A model generated the notes under the pieces. That model was not told where the DNA came from. It did no database searches and worked only from the letters and a program-made list of their open reading frames with translations. From NCBI GenBank assembly GCA_963712275.1, contig CAVQHD010000001.1:32001-96000 (forward strand): a stretch of DNA of 64,000 bases. Direction: 5' to 3'. The translations under genes were made by a program, and so were the position numbers. This document shows positions 36,691-47,128 of this stretch, in pieces (positions within the stretch are counted from its first letter, which is position 1; each line of letters begins with the position of its first letter). Origin of the DNA: an uncultured Rhabdochlamydiaceae bacterium. Lineage in GTDB: Bacteria; Chlamydiota; Chlamydiia; Chlamydiales; Rhabdochlamydiaceae.

Positions 36691-38250
36691 TTAGACAGTG
36701 GGTTCTGCTGGCTGCTCTTCAGGGCGCATGATGGGAAAGAACAATACATCTCGAATAGAGGCGGCCTCGGTCAAGAGCATGACGAGTCGATCGACTCCAA
36801 TCCCAAGCCCTCCTGTGGGGGGCATTCCTTGACAAATTGCTTCGATAAAATCTTCATCGAGCGGATGGGCCTCTTCATGTCCCTTCTCCTTCAATTCGGA
36901 CTGCCGAGTGAGAAGCTGCCGTTGGAGCTCTGGATCATTGAGCTCCGTATAGGAGTTGCACATCTCGCTTCCCAAGATAAAACTTTCAAACCGCTCAACA
37001 AACCTCTGCTCACGCAGCTTTGGATCGCGGTGCAATTTACAAAGAGGCGTTGTCTCGATAGGATGATCGATAATATGATGGGGCTGGATGAGGCGGGGCT
37101 CCACGACCTCTGCAAATAATTTCGCAATTAAAATCCCACGAGGCGCAGCCCCTACCTCTTTGGAATCGAGAAGCAGCTTTCTCAACTCTTCATCGGTTTT
37201 GGTGGTCACATCGATATTTCCATAGACTCGAATTGCATCCACCATGCTCATACGAGTCCACGGCGCTTTGAGTTCAATCATTTGACCTTGAACCTGAATT
37301 TGAGTCGTTCCAAAAAGCTCCTTCGCAAGAAACTCAAAAAGCTGTTCTGTTAAAACCATCATATCATTGTAATCCCAGTAGGCTGCGTACGCCTCTAGCA
37401 TTGTAAACTCAGGATTATGGGTCCGATCGAGCCCTTCATTCCGAAAAACTTTTGAGATTTCAAAGATTTTCTCCATCCCTCCGACGATCAATTTTTTGAG
37501 CGCGATTTCTAGAGAAATCCGCAAATACATCGTTTGGTGAAGCGCATGGATTTCAGTGACAAAAGGGCGGGCTTCAGCTCCTCCGTAGATATTTTGCAAA
37601 ATAGGAGTTTCAACCTCAGTAAAATCAAGCCGAGCAAAATACGTGCGGATGAGGTGCAAAATACGACTCCGGAGTCGAAACGTCTCCAAAACATCCTGGT
37701 GCGTGATTAAATCAAGCCACCGCTTTCGGTATCTCATCTCTTTATCGAGAAGCCCTTTGTGTTTGTCTGGCAGAGGAAGGAGCGTCTTGCAGAGCACCGT
37801 TAATTTTTTCACATAAAGGGTCAGCTCTCCCTTGTGAGTTCGAAAAAGATGCCCCTCAACTCCGATGAAGTCTCCCAAATCGATTTTTTTTTCGATAAAC
37901 TTCATTGCCGTTAGATCAGGCGATACAGGAAGCCCTTCAATCTTGGTTTGATCCCGATTGAACATGAGTTGGAGTTGCCCTGCCCCGTCTTGCAGCTGAG
38001 CAAATGCATTTTTCCCCATCCCCCGAAATAGCATCAGCCTCCCCGCTAAAACCACGTGAGGTGTTGTCCCCGCTTCAGCCTCTTCGCTGCTGCCAGGTCC
38101 ACCGCTTGCATATTTATGCTGCAGAGACTCGGTTGTATAGGTGGGAGAGAATTTTGCAGGGTAAGGATCAATCCCAAGCGCTCGAATCTCAGCAAGCTTG
38201 GCTGATCTATTTTTAAACTCTTCGTGATGATGATAGGTAGGAAGCTGCAT
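36691..38250 (-). CDS. lysS: Lysine--tRNA ligase (class II)
   Basis: YRKRWLDL, EVETPIL, GGAEARPF, FRNEG...HNPEFT, GMPPTGGLGIGVDRLVM. Confidence 0.97.
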   Translation of the reverse strand: MQLPTYHHHEEFKNRSAKLAEIRALGIDPYPAKFSPTYTTESLQHKYASGGPGSSEEAEAGTTPHVVLAGRLMLFRGMGKNAFAQLQDGAGQLQLMFNRDQTKIEGLPVSPDLTAMKFIEKKIDLGDFIGVEGHLFRTHKGELTLYVKKLTVLCKTLLPLPDKHKGLLDKEMRYRKRWLDLITHQDVLETFRLRSRILHLIRTYFARLDFTEVETPILQNIYGGAEARPFVTEIHALHQTMYLRISLEIALKKLIVGGMEKIFEISKVFRNEGLDRTHNPEFTMLEAYAAYWDYNDMMVLTEQLFEFLAKELFGTTQIQVQGQMIELKAPWTRMSMVDAIRVYGNIDVTTKTDEELRKLLLDSKEVGAAPRGILIAKLFAEVVEPRLIQPHHIIDHPIETTPLCKLHRDPKLREQRFVERFESFILGSEMCNSYTELNDPELQRQLLTRQSELKEKGHEEAHPLDEDFIEAICQGMPPTGGLGIGVDRLVMLLTEAASIRDVLFFPIMRPEEQPAEPTV

Positions 38251-38792
38251 TATTGATCATATTTTGACTTTAAGTTCTTCCAATCATGCCATACGTTCTT
38301 TGCAGAAAGAGCCAAGAGGGCCGCGGTCGTTAGTACCATCACCCCTCCAGAATCCGGCGTCCATTTCAAAGCGCGATCAGCAGCATATCCAATGCTAATA
38401 CTATTGAAAATTTTTACTATGGTATTCGATGAAAATGATATCGCATCTACGCACTTACAAATAGTAAAATTCTTTTTAAGACAAGGAATATCAGAAGGAA
38501 TGACCATGAGAGAATAGAATGCGGAAGTGACCAATCGTATACCTAAAAGAACCCTTGGTGGAGCATGTGATCTTGTGAACAGCCCACGGCTGAAAGGTTC
38601 CACAAAAATTAGAAATTGGGCCGTTCTACTACACACTTGCATTCCCTTAATTAAGAAGCTACTCTTCAAATTTTTAAAACACTCTTCAGCTATAAGCCCC
38701 GTTGCGGCTATTGCCGCAAGGCTCCAACTTATTTCTTGAATGCCTAAGAGTTGAGGGACTATCATGAGTTCTCTAGCAATGGAACTAGCCAT
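38250..38792 (-). CDS. Hypothetical membrane protein
   Basis: Hydrophobic 180-aa ORF with RBS AGGAG, AT-rich, stop overlaps lysS start. Confidence 0.6.
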   Translation of the reverse strand: MASSIARELMIVPQLLGIQEISWSLAAIAATGLIAEECFKNLKSSFLIKGMQVCSRTAQFLIFVEPFSRGLFTRSHAPPRVLLGIRLVTSAFYSLMVIPSDIPCLKKNFTICKCVDAISFSSNTIVKIFNSISIGYAADRALKWTPDSGGVMVLTTAALLALSAKNVWHDWKNLKSKYDQ

Positions 38793-38872
38793 CTGGTCAT
38801 CTCCTTAAAATTGTAGGAGACACTTTACATGGCTAATCTTAAAAAAGCAACATCGCTTCTTTAAGCGACTAT

Positions 38873-40102
38873 CTACACTTTTTTGCTTGCGCGGCGCAGG
38901 AGGACGGCTGAAGCTGCTACAATGAGACCGCCGAGGAAAATGACAGGGTCTAACCCTATCCAAGGGATAAGGTTATTGCAAATTCCCCCTGCAACAAACG
39001 CAAGAGCGACGACAGCACTCCAAATCCCCATGACCCACCCTTGCGATTCTTGAGGAGCTGTATTTGAAAAAACGGCCATTAAAAGGGCATAGCTGCAGGG
39101 ATTGATAATGGCAAAGAGAAATCCAAAGGACCAAAGAAAAACGGCTTGCGAAGAGAAAGAAGTCAGAACAACAAGGGCAGCCTGTCCTAGCAAAGAGAAG
39201 AAAATGATGTGGGGAGATGGAAGGGCCGTTTTAGAGAGCTTTTTCAAGATAGCAAGACCGACGATAAAGCCAACCCCCATCACAACCCAAAATAGACCAA
39301 GCCCTACACTGGTGTAGTTCAATCTCGAGTTCAGATAGATAAGAATTGTTTGAATATAGAGACTGACGCCAAATTGAAAAAGAAAAAGAACGGACGACAA
39401 GCGGCGGATCTCTCGATTTTGAAACGCCTCTTTAAAAAGGACAAAGGGTCTGAAAAAAGAGAACTTCTTAGCTGGATTATACCTCTCTTGATGAGCAAAC
39501 TTACGCTGAATCCAGATAACGGCAGCAAACGCGAGGATCGCTGAAAAAAAGAACGGCGTTGTATAGCCAAACCAATTCACAAAATGGGAATTCGATAAAA
39601 GGCTTCCAATTAAAGGACCAAGAACAAGCCCGACAGAAAATGTGAGTGAAAGAAGCCCTAGGTTGAATGGTTTATCCTCCGGAGCGCTGAGATCGATGAC
39701 GGTAGCTTGAGCAATCGGTACTGTGCCAGCCATAAAACCAGAGATTGCTCTTCCAAGCAGAAATAACCAAAGCGTTGCTGTCAGAACTCCAAATCCCATG
39801 CAGAGAAAGCTGCATCCAATGCCAAGTGTGCATAGCAACAAAATCTTCTTCCTCCCATAAATATCAGAAAGGTCTCCCAGTGAAGAAGCGCCAAATAACA
39901 TGCAAAGAGGATACAGAAGAAAAGAAAGACTTAAGTAAAAGTCTCGCATCTTCAGCGACGTCCCTACAGCCAAAATACCGTGCTTCGGGTCATCCATGAT
40001 GGCTGTTGCTAGAGGGTAGACAAGGCCCCAGCCAAAATAATCTACAATAATTGCAAGAAGGGCGGGAGCAATCAATAAAAACTTGGATAACCGAGACTGC
40101 AT
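38873..40102 (-). CDS. MFS transporter (TetA/DHA1-like)
   Basis: GDLSDIYGRKK motif A, GRAISG, G.VLGPLIG; about 12 TM. Confidence 0.9.
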   Translation of the reverse strand: MQSRLSKFLLIAPALLAIIVDYFGWGLVYPLATAIMDDPKHGILAVGTSLKMRDFYLSLSFLLYPLCMLFGASSLGDLSDIYGRKKILLLCTLGIGCSFLCMGFGVLTATLWLFLLGRAISGFMAGTVPIAQATVIDLSAPEDKPFNLGLLSLTFSVGLVLGPLIGSLLSNSHFVNWFGYTTPFFFSAILAFAAVIWIQRKFAHQERYNPAKKFSFFRPFVLFKEAFQNREIRRLSSVLFLFQFGVSLYIQTILIYLNSRLNYTSVGLGLFWVVMGVGFIVGLAILKKLSKTALPSPHIIFFSLLGQAALVVLTSFSSQAVFLWSFGFLFAIINPCSYALLMAVFSNTAPQESQGWVMGIWSAVVALAFVAGGICNNLIPWIGLDPVIFLGGLIVAASAVLLRRASKKV

Positions 40103-40175
40103 ATGAAATTCTCCTTGAGAGAGTGCTTTAAAAGCACACCCTTTATGCCTCTGTTACTCAATTTATTTTTTTTTG

Positions 40176-40421
40176 TCACTTTAAATCAGAGACTAGCTTC
40201 ATACCGTGGGGAGTGAGATAAACACTGTTTTCATGCCCCTTTTTAACAAAGTTGGCTTGAGCCAGGTGCTTGACAATCGTATTAATACCCTTATCATTTT
40301 GGCCAATAGCCCGCCCAATAAGATACCGATCCACCTCTTTATCAGGGCTTCCGCGAGCGGAGGCTATTTCATAGAGCTTTAATAAAAACAATTCGTCCTT
40401 TGTGGTCGCTTTTCGATTCAT
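40176..40421 (-). CDS. Small winged-helix-like hypothetical protein
   Basis: IVKHLAQANFVKK....VYLTPHG resembles a wHTH wing; coupled to the cysS stop. Confidence 0.6.
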   Translation of the reverse strand: MNRKATTKDELFLLKLYEIASARGSPDKEVDRYLIGRAIGQNDKGINTIVKHLAQANFVKKGHENSVYLTPHGMKLVSDLK

Positions 40422-41830
40422 GAAACCCTTTTTTTTAAGCGAGCTCCAGAGGAAGTATCCTCAACTAGGTACCCTTTCGAAAAGAGCTCGTCCCGACATT
40501 TATCTGCTCGTTCCCAATCTTTTTCTGCCCGCGCCTTTTGTCGATCGGCTAAAAGAGCTAGCAGTTCTGAGGGAATTTCTTCTGCTACAGGCTCAAGGGG
40601 AAGCACCCCGAGCACCTGATTCAACTCCTCTAAAAAGCGAAGGATCTGCGGAGCCTCCTGACGCCCCACTTGCCCTGCATCACAAAGGGTATTGATATCT
40701 CGGATAAAATCAAAAACCGCTGCAAGAGCAGCGGAAATATTGAGATCGTCGGCAAGCGCAAGAGAGAATTTCTCTCGTGCAGCTAAGATGAACGGTGCAG
40801 ATGCAGGCAAGGCGGTCTTGGTATCGATGTCCCGAAGGCGCATTGCAAAATCAGCCACTCTTCGAAGTGCGTTTGCCGCGCCATCAAGCCCTTCAAACGT
40901 AAAATTAAGCTGTGTACGATAGTGGGTTTGAAGAAGCAGATAACGAACGTGGGGCCCTGTATACCCCTTTGCAAGAAGATCCCGCAAGGTATAGAAATTG
41001 CCAAGGCTCTTTGACATTTTTTTATGATCGACCAGCAGATGCTCTGCATGGAGCCAATACCGCACAAACCTCTGATGCGTGCAGGCTTCAGACTGAGCGA
41101 TCTCATTTTCATGGTGAGGGAACATATTATCGACACCCCCCACGTGAATATCAATGGTCGGCCCTAAAAGATCCATAGCCATTGCAGAACATTCAATATG
41201 CCAGCCAGGCCTCCCCCTTCCAAAAGGACTTTCCCAAAAGATATTTCCATCGCGTGTGGAATCATAGGCTTTCCAAAGCACAAAGTCAGCGATATGCTCT
41301 TTGTCGTATTCATCTGCAGCAGTCCGTTTGGATCCACCTGCTTTGAGCTCATCCAAGTGTAAATGGGACAATCTTCCGTAGGTGGGAAATTTAGCAATAG
41401 CATAATAAATGCTTCCATCGGCTCCCCGATAGCCGATCCCCTCATCCAAAAGCTTTTGAATCAGCGTGATCATTTGAGGAATAAAATCGGTGGCTCGCGG
41501 ATAATATTCCACTTTTTCGATGTTCAACGCTTTGAGATCTTCAAAAAAGGCTTCGGTATATCGATCGGTGAATTGTTTTAAAGAAATCTGCTCTTTCAGA
41601 GCATCTCGAATCGTTTTGTCATCTATATCGGTGATATTCATCACCTGAGTCACCTGAAATCCAAAAAATTTAAGAGCCCTCCGCAGAAGGTCTTCAAAGA
41701 CATAGGTGCGAAAGTTGCCAATGTGAGCAAAGTTGTAAACCGTCGGTCCGCACGTATACATGCGAATCTGTCGATCGATCGAGGAGGCGATCTCTTCCTT
41801 CTGGCGTGTTTCGGTGTTGTAAAGTCTCAT
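40418..41830 (-). CDS. cysS: Cysteine--tRNA ligase
   Basis: CGPTVY, HIGN, DFVLWK, GRPGWHIECSAM, FPHHENE, KMSKS. Confidence 0.97.
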   Translation of the reverse strand: MRLYNTETRQKEEIASSIDRQIRMYTCGPTVYNFAHIGNFRTYVFEDLLRRALKFFGFQVTQVMNITDIDDKTIRDALKEQISLKQFTDRYTEAFFEDLKALNIEKVEYYPRATDFIPQMITLIQKLLDEGIGYRGADGSIYYAIAKFPTYGRLSHLHLDELKAGGSKRTAADEYDKEHIADFVLWKAYDSTRDGNIFWESPFGRGRPGWHIECSAMAMDLLGPTIDIHVGGVDNMFPHHENEIAQSEACTHQRFVRYWLHAEHLLVDHKKMSKSLGNFYTLRDLLAKGYTGPHVRYLLLQTHYRTQLNFTFEGLDGAANALRRVADFAMRLRDIDTKTALPASAPFILAAREKFSLALADDLNISAALAAVFDFIRDINTLCDAGQVGRQEAPQILRFLEELNQVLGVLPLEPVAEEIPSELLALLADRQKARAEKDWERADKCRDELFSKGYLVEDTSSGARLKKRVS

Positions 41831-44493
41831 CTTGCAATCATTTCCTCAAGGGCTCGATAATGGATTTTCCCCGTTCCTGTGAGGGGAATCTGCTCAATCA
41901 GCCGGACCTCCGCCACTTTGATAATCCGCCCCAAACCCTCGGCGCGAAGAGCATCGTTCATCATCTCTTTGGAAATCTCAAAGGTCGCAAAGACAATGAT
42001 CAAAGGGCTATCGCTATTACGCTCTGCGACGGCAACTGCAAGAGGAGGCCCTGGATTTTTCCTGGCAGCTGCCCACCTGTTTTGATCGGCAAGCCGAAGC
42101 AGATCTTTTTCAATACCGGCGAGGCTGACCATCTCCCCTGCAATTTTAATGAACCGTTTCAGCCGCCCTGAAAGAATCAGCGCTCCCGATGGCGCCAAGT
42201 GCCCTCGATCGCCTGAACGGTACCACCGCTTTCCATCAAAATCGATGAAAGGAGACGGCACCTCTCCCAAATATCCTTGAAAAACGCTGGGGCCATGGAT
42301 GCAGATCTCTCCATCCATTCCCTCTGGCAATTTTTCTAAAGTCCCTGGATCAATGATGGAGAGTTCGATGCCCGGAAGCGGCTGGCCCACTCCTTCTCGC
42401 GGCTGTTTCGGCCGGGTCAAGGTCACAACAGGGCCGCATTCAGTAATGCCATACCCTTCAAGCATCTCTTTCCCCATCTTTTCCATCGATTGAAAAAGGA
42501 GTTCGGGAGTTTTTTCAGCTCCGCTCACCGCAAAACGGAGCGACCGAAGCTGCCCAGGCTTTGCCGCTTCAAAAAGCCCTTTAATAAACGTCGGAGCGCT
42601 GCAAAGAATCGTGATCTTCCTCTCTTCAATATCGTGGGCCATTGCAAAGTACTGAGTAGGATCGGGAGCATAAAAAACTTTAAGCCCTGCTAAAAGAGGC
42701 AAAATCCCTGTCACTGAAAAGCCAAATGAATGAAAAGGAGGTAGCACGCCATAGAGAATATCAGAGGCAGCCACTTGAATGCAAGAGAGGCCGGCACGAT
42801 GGTTCTCCAGCAGGTTGCCATGCGAGAGTGGAACCCCCTTCGGAAGGGTTTCCGTCCCGCTTGTAAACAAAATTACGGCGGGATCTGCCCACGCGACCGA
42901 TTTCAGCTCGAGCTCTTGAAGAAGCGTTTCTGTTTTTTTAAAAAGCCCTAAAAATCCCTTGAGCCGGCTCCAAATCGAAATCGCAGACTTGAGATCTTCC
43001 ATCAAGATCAGCTCATCGTAAAGATGTCCCAAATCTCCATCGGTTAAACGGTCCAGAAATAAGCGGGAGCTTAGGATAGAGTTAAGCCCAGCTGCTTCTT
43101 TACAATGGTTTAAAGCCCGAACCCCAACCGTCCAGTTCAACATCACAGGCACTTTGCCTGCTAAAAGAAGAGCGATGACAATAGCATAGGAAATCGTCGA
43201 TGCAGGAAAAAGTACCCCAATATGTTTCCCTTCAAACTGCCGAAAATGATCGGCGAGAGTCAAGACCATCAACTTTAACTTTCGATAGCTAATCGACCCC
43301 ACTCGTTCATCTCCGCAAGCCGTGTAAGGCCCTAGCCTATCGCACACTTTAAGAAAAGCTTCTTGAATTGTAGACCCCTCAGGAGGCAATGGATTGGGCC
43401 TGGCCCCTTCTCTAAACCCCTCTTTGAGCCATCCACCCTTTTTCTTTTGCACAGCAGGAGCCACCCCCGGCGTTGGATAAGCAGCCGCTCGAAACATATC
43501 TCCAACGGTCTGGACCTTAAGCGGGTCTAAAGAAGGCGTCTCATACCGCTCAATTAAAAATGTCTGCAACTGAGCCAGATCTAGTGAATCGAGCCCTAAA
43601 TCTCTTGCTAAATGATCCGATTCTTGGACCGTCTCTCTTTTGGCAAGATCGGCAATTTTAGTTCGAATCTCTTTCTCAATCTCCGGGGGAATCGGAAGCG
43701 CTTCTGCCCTGTAATTTTGCTCGCTTGCTGTCACTTTTGGATAACACTCATTCCAAAAATGGTCCGACACCAACGTTAAAGGCTCACTTCCTCTTTCATT
43801 ATACCACCACTCCAATGCTTGATTAAACTCCAGCCTTGAAGCCCCTCGCGGAATACGGTCCGAAGCAGGCTCAAATTCAACCGTCACTTCCCGCCGCGGA
43901 GTGAAAAAAATAAGGTTCTTTAAAACAACCTTAATGCCCTCCCAAAGAACTGTCCCAAAATCAGGCGTTAGTCCGGTGAGGGCACGGGAAAAGCGGCTCC
44001 CCCATAATCCCGTGGTACGTACAAGCACCATATTCACATCCGGACATTCTTGAACTAGCCGATGCACAAAAGAAGCCCCTCCAATCGATTCTTCAGCCCC
44101 TAGCTTGAGCTTACCGGCTGGATAGATGAGAAAATCACTTCCCTTCCTAAGCCCCTTCGCAACCCTCTGAAAGCACTGCTCTACCCTCCACTCTTTCCAT
44201 GAGTTGATCGTTCCATTGAGATCGGGAATTGGAACCGCCCCTACCAGTTTGAGAAGAAAATGCACCCCTTTCAAGTAATAAAAATTTTCAGCGACAAGAG
44301 GATGAGCTTGATACCGTTTCCATAAAATAAGGGTCAGAATCACAGGATCGATTTCCGCTGGATGGTTCGGCAGAAACAACACCCCTTCCCTCGCGGAGAG
44401 ATTTTCAAGGCCATAAACCCGAAGCCGATACCGAAGACTCACCGCAGCTCTAATCAACAGATAGAGCACCCCCATCCACACTTTTTTCAGCAT
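41827..44493 (-). CDS. Aas-like fusion: PlsC acyltransferase + carrier (PP-binding) domain + AMP-dependent acyl ligase
   Basis: PNHPAEID, IYPAG; LGLDSLD (Ppant Ser); FTSGTETLPKGV, EGYGITE, YRSGD, GRLKRFIKIAGEMV; ATG 44493 preferred. Confidence 0.85.
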   Translation of the reverse strand: MLKKVWMGVLYLLIRAAVSLRYRLRVYGLENLSAREGVLFLPNHPAEIDPVILTLILWKRYQAHPLVAENFYYLKGVHFLLKLVGAVPIPDLNGTINSWKEWRVEQCFQRVAKGLRKGSDFLIYPAGKLKLGAEESIGGASFVHRLVQECPDVNMVLVRTTGLWGSRFSRALTGLTPDFGTVLWEGIKVVLKNLIFFTPRREVTVEFEPASDRIPRGASRLEFNQALEWWYNERGSEPLTLVSDHFWNECYPKVTASEQNYRAEALPIPPEIEKEIRTKIADLAKRETVQESDHLARDLGLDSLDLAQLQTFLIERYETPSLDPLKVQTVGDMFRAAAYPTPGVAPAVQKKKGGWLKEGFREGARPNPLPPEGSTIQEAFLKVCDRLGPYTACGDERVGSISYRKLKLMVLTLADHFRQFEGKHIGVLFPASTISYAIVIALLLAGKVPVMLNWTVGVRALNHCKEAAGLNSILSSRLFLDRLTDGDLGHLYDELILMEDLKSAISIWSRLKGFLGLFKKTETLLQELELKSVAWADPAVILFTSGTETLPKGVPLSHGNLLENHRAGLSCIQVAASDILYGVLPPFHSFGFSVTGILPLLAGLKVFYAPDPTQYFAMAHDIEERKITILCSAPTFIKGLFEAAKPGQLRSLRFAVSGAEKTPELLFQSMEKMGKEMLEGYGITECGPVVTLTRPKQPREGVGQPLPGIELSIIDPGTLEKLPEGMDGEICIHGPSVFQGYLGEVPSPFIDFDGKRWYRSGDRGHLAPSGALILSGRLKRFIKIAGEMVSLAGIEKDLLRLADQNRWAAARKNPGPPLAVAVAERNSDSPLIIVFATFEISKEMMNDALRAEGLGRIIKVAEVRLIEQIPLTGTGKIHYRALEEMIAR

Positions 44494-44545
44494 AGGGGTA
44501 ATTATTCCAGGCAAATCGTCTAGAGTCAATCGTATTTTGGGGGGA

Positions 44546-45262
44546 TTACATGGAAGTGGAGACAACAACTCCATCGTATGCTGCCATTGTGCCATCTAAA
44601 CAATGAGCACCGTTATGGATAATATGGGCTGCTATCGTACATACAATTCCCTGAGAGTCGGCGACTTTCCCATAAACAAGACCTATTGGAAATTTTACAA
44701 GGAATAAATCCCACCTCGGGGTGTTGTGAAGCACCGCGAATAAGAGAGAAGAAATAAAAATGGAAATATCTTTTGCAGTTAAGGTGTACCCTCTCATTAA
44801 GATTCCGTCACCCATTAACTTAATATTTAAAAATTCGATTTTTTTCTCCCTGGATTGGCATGCAGTAAAGGCTTTTTTTATTAAAAATTCGAGGGCCTTT
44901 GGAATCACATATCGAAAATAGATCTCTTCTTGAATAGGGTCAATAAGTACCTCATGACGTACTGATTTTGAAACAACCCATTCCTTTGGAACACCTTTTA
45001 TTACAGCCCATAAGTGAACACAAACTTTTGTATAAGACCAGCTTCCAAGACCGAGGCCTATTCCTAATGCAAATTCTCTGGGTTTTGCAATCAGCCCTAT
45101 TGCAAATACCTCGATAATTCTTGCTAACTCACTGAGATGATTGGGGAATATCTTGGGACCTATTTCGTCAAGTTTGTCGATATAGGGCAATACGTTCCCA
45201 AAATCAACATAACCATAGAGAGTTCGAAGACGGCTATGCAAAAAAGAAGACCAGGTTGTCAT
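44546..45262 (-). CDS. CPBP (CAAX/Abi) intramembrane metalloprotease
   Basis: PIQEEIYFR, SSLLFAVLH, AHIIHN. Confidence 0.75.
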   Translation of the reverse strand: MTTWSSFLHSRLRTLYGYVDFGNVLPYIDKLDEIGPKIFPNHLSELARIIEVFAIGLIAKPREFALGIGLGLGSWSYTKVCVHLWAVIKGVPKEWVVSKSVRHEVLIDPIQEEIYFRYVIPKALEFLIKKAFTACQSREKKIEFLNIKLMGDGILMRGYTLTAKDISIFISSLLFAVLHNTPRWDLFLVKFPIGLVYGKVADSQGIVCTIAAHIIHNGAHCLDGTMAAYDGVVVSTSM

Positions 45263-45278
45263 AAATTTCAGAAACTAT

Positions 45279-45505
45279 ACCATTATTCCCAGCAGAGAGG
45301 CAAAACAAAAATACCCATCCGGAGAAGCCTTATGAAAAAACATCTTAAAGCATCCCTCCAACAAGACCTTGATCAAGAAGAACAAGAGCTTTTGACTTCT
45401 TTTGAAAAAGGCGAATGGAAAACAGTAAAAGGGATTGCAAAAGAAAAAGCACGAGCACAAAAAACCGCCACTTTGTATCATGGATCTGCATTTAACGCAG
45501 ATTGA
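45279..45505 (+). pseudogene. Relic of a BrnT/BrnA-like TA pair (toxin 3' end + truncated antitoxin)
   Basis: TIIPSREAKQKY...* (45279-45335) overlaps via ATGA with MKKH...LDQEEQELLTSFEKGEWKTV (45332-45505), which lacks a C-terminal DNA-binding part. Confidence 0.55.
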
Positions 45506-45524
45506 GCACAACAAGGAGGAACCA

Positions 45525-46469
45525 ATGAGTGTCTCTGGAGATTATGATTTAAATTCTGTCGAAGCATTTAAAGATGCATTTGGAGATTTGCTACAGATCT
45601 TAGATACTGACACCGTTGTTAAGACGGTTAATGTGATGATAAAATTTCAAACCCGACATCCGAGCACTTTCTGGGGAGAAACTCTCACGCAGAGAGCCTC
45701 CATTTTCGAAAAAACCTATCCCTATAACCAATCCAATATGCCTAGTGATGCAGAACTGCTTGCCAATCTCAAAGCCACCTTAGAAAAATCCAATGCCGAT
45801 CCTGCATCCAAATTAGGACTCAATGGCATCAAAGAAGCCATGGAGCTGCTCTCTATTATTGAGCCTGATAAATATCCAACCTTACTCACCGGCCTCTATC
45901 AAATCGTAAGGGAGATAATAGATGATAAGGATCTAATAGATGATAAGGATCTATTTGAACTTATCAAGATGTACCAACTCATACTAACCTCACCCCTTCC
46001 AGATGAGAATCCCGAAAAAATACAAGCTAAGTCGCTTTCTAATCTCCCACTGAAATCTCCAATAGTACAAGCCCTCCTACTTTCCATTCGTCAAAAACTA
46101 AACGAGAGCACCCCTATCGATTTATTCCGCCAAGCTCGTACTTATTTACTCAATATAGCACCCTTGATGACCCAGTTTTTAGAAAACAAAATCAAGAAAG
46201 CAAAAGAGCAGGAAGAAACTCTTCAGCTTCCTTTGGACTCTGAAAAAGTACAACAATTGATCGCCCCATTACGAGATAAAATACGACAAAAAAACCAAGA
46301 AGAAGAACTTGCCAAAGTAATTAGCTGTTATAAGCAAGCCGTTTGGAAAATGGAAGCAACTTCTGGGGAGAAGCAATTCTCTAGCATAGAAACAAAAGTT
46401 GTGTACGCAAAACGGTCTAATCTGGATCAAGACTTCGTTTACGAAAAAAAATATTCTCCAACCACTTGA
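45525..46469 (+). CDS. Hypothetical helical protein
   Basis: RBS AAGGAGG before ATG 45525; contains an 18-bp tandem duplication (45916-45951, IDDKDL x2). Confidence 0.65.
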   Translation: MSVSGDYDLNSVEAFKDAFGDLLQILDTDTVVKTVNVMIKFQTRHPSTFWGETLTQRASIFEKTYPYNQSNMPSDAELLANLKATLEKSNADPASKLGLNGIKEAMELLSIIEPDKYPTLLTGLYQIVREIIDDKDLIDDKDLFELIKMYQLILTSPLPDENPEKIQAKSLSNLPLKSPIVQALLLSIRQKLNESTPIDLFRQARTYLLNIAPLMTQFLENKIKKAKEQEETLQLPLDSEKVQQLIAPLRDKIRQKNQEEELAKVISCYKQAVWKMEATSGEKQFSSIETKVVYAKRSNLDQDFVYEKKYSPTT

Positions 46470-46512
46470 GTTTCCCTTTTACAAACAGGACCTCCTTCAG
46501 ATAGCGAATAAG

Positions 46513-46558
46513 TTACCACTTTTAGTGGTAACTTTACCACTAGCCGTAGTATAAGTAA
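46513..46558. repeat. 46-bp direct repeat, copy 1 (TTACCAC operator/promoter block)
   Basis: 43/46 identical to 48029-48074. Confidence 0.8.
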
Positions 46559-46650
46559 TGGAAATGCAATGACTCCAGCATCCTGGACGTAACGACGAGC
46601 TTTGGCCTAAAGGCTTTTTGAGCTTTCCTCATCTAGATTCTCAATAACCA

Positions 46651-46965
46651 TCACAAAAACATCCGATAGTTCATATTTAGGATTTTAGCTAGCCTGTGAG
46701 CCATCTCTTTACCGATGGATCGTTTGCCGTGCTCCATCTCTGAGATATGGTGTGGTTGTGCACCCACAGCGTCAGCTAATTCTTGCTGAGTCATTTCAGC
46801 TCTGAGACGAGCTCCTCTTAATGCCAAGCCCGTTTCCGTGTATTTTTTGATGTTTTCTTTAGCGACTTCACGCCACGGGATGCTTTTTCTCTTTCTCCTG
46901 GCTGAACGGCTCAAAGAGGCTCTTTTTACAAGTCTAGTATGGCGCGTTCTCGTGTGTACCGACAT
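46651..46965 (-). CDS. XRE/HigA-like HTH antitoxin
   Basis: LRGARLRAEMTQQELA..VG....HISEMEHGKRSIG...A.RLAKIL. Confidence 0.85.
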   Translation of the reverse strand: MSVHTRTRHTRLVKRASLSRSARRKRKSIPWREVAKENIKKYTETGLALRGARLRAEMTQQELADAVGAQPHHISEMEHGKRSIGKEMAHRLAKILNMNYRMFL

Positions 46966-47128
46966 AAAACACCTCTACTTCGAAAATGTAACATACCACG
47001 ACATCGACTTTTCCTAAGCCCTTGTCAATTTTTATTGAAACACAGGTTACCAATTTTTGGTAATATTTTTCAATAAGAAGTGAAAACTGCTTCAGGCAAT
47101 TCCTTTTCAAGGGCCTACCGAAGTCTGG

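Noticed and set aside
44546..45262. CPBP protease as a bacteriocin/lasso immunity gene
   Set aside because: It lies more than 20 kb from the cluster with no linking evidence.
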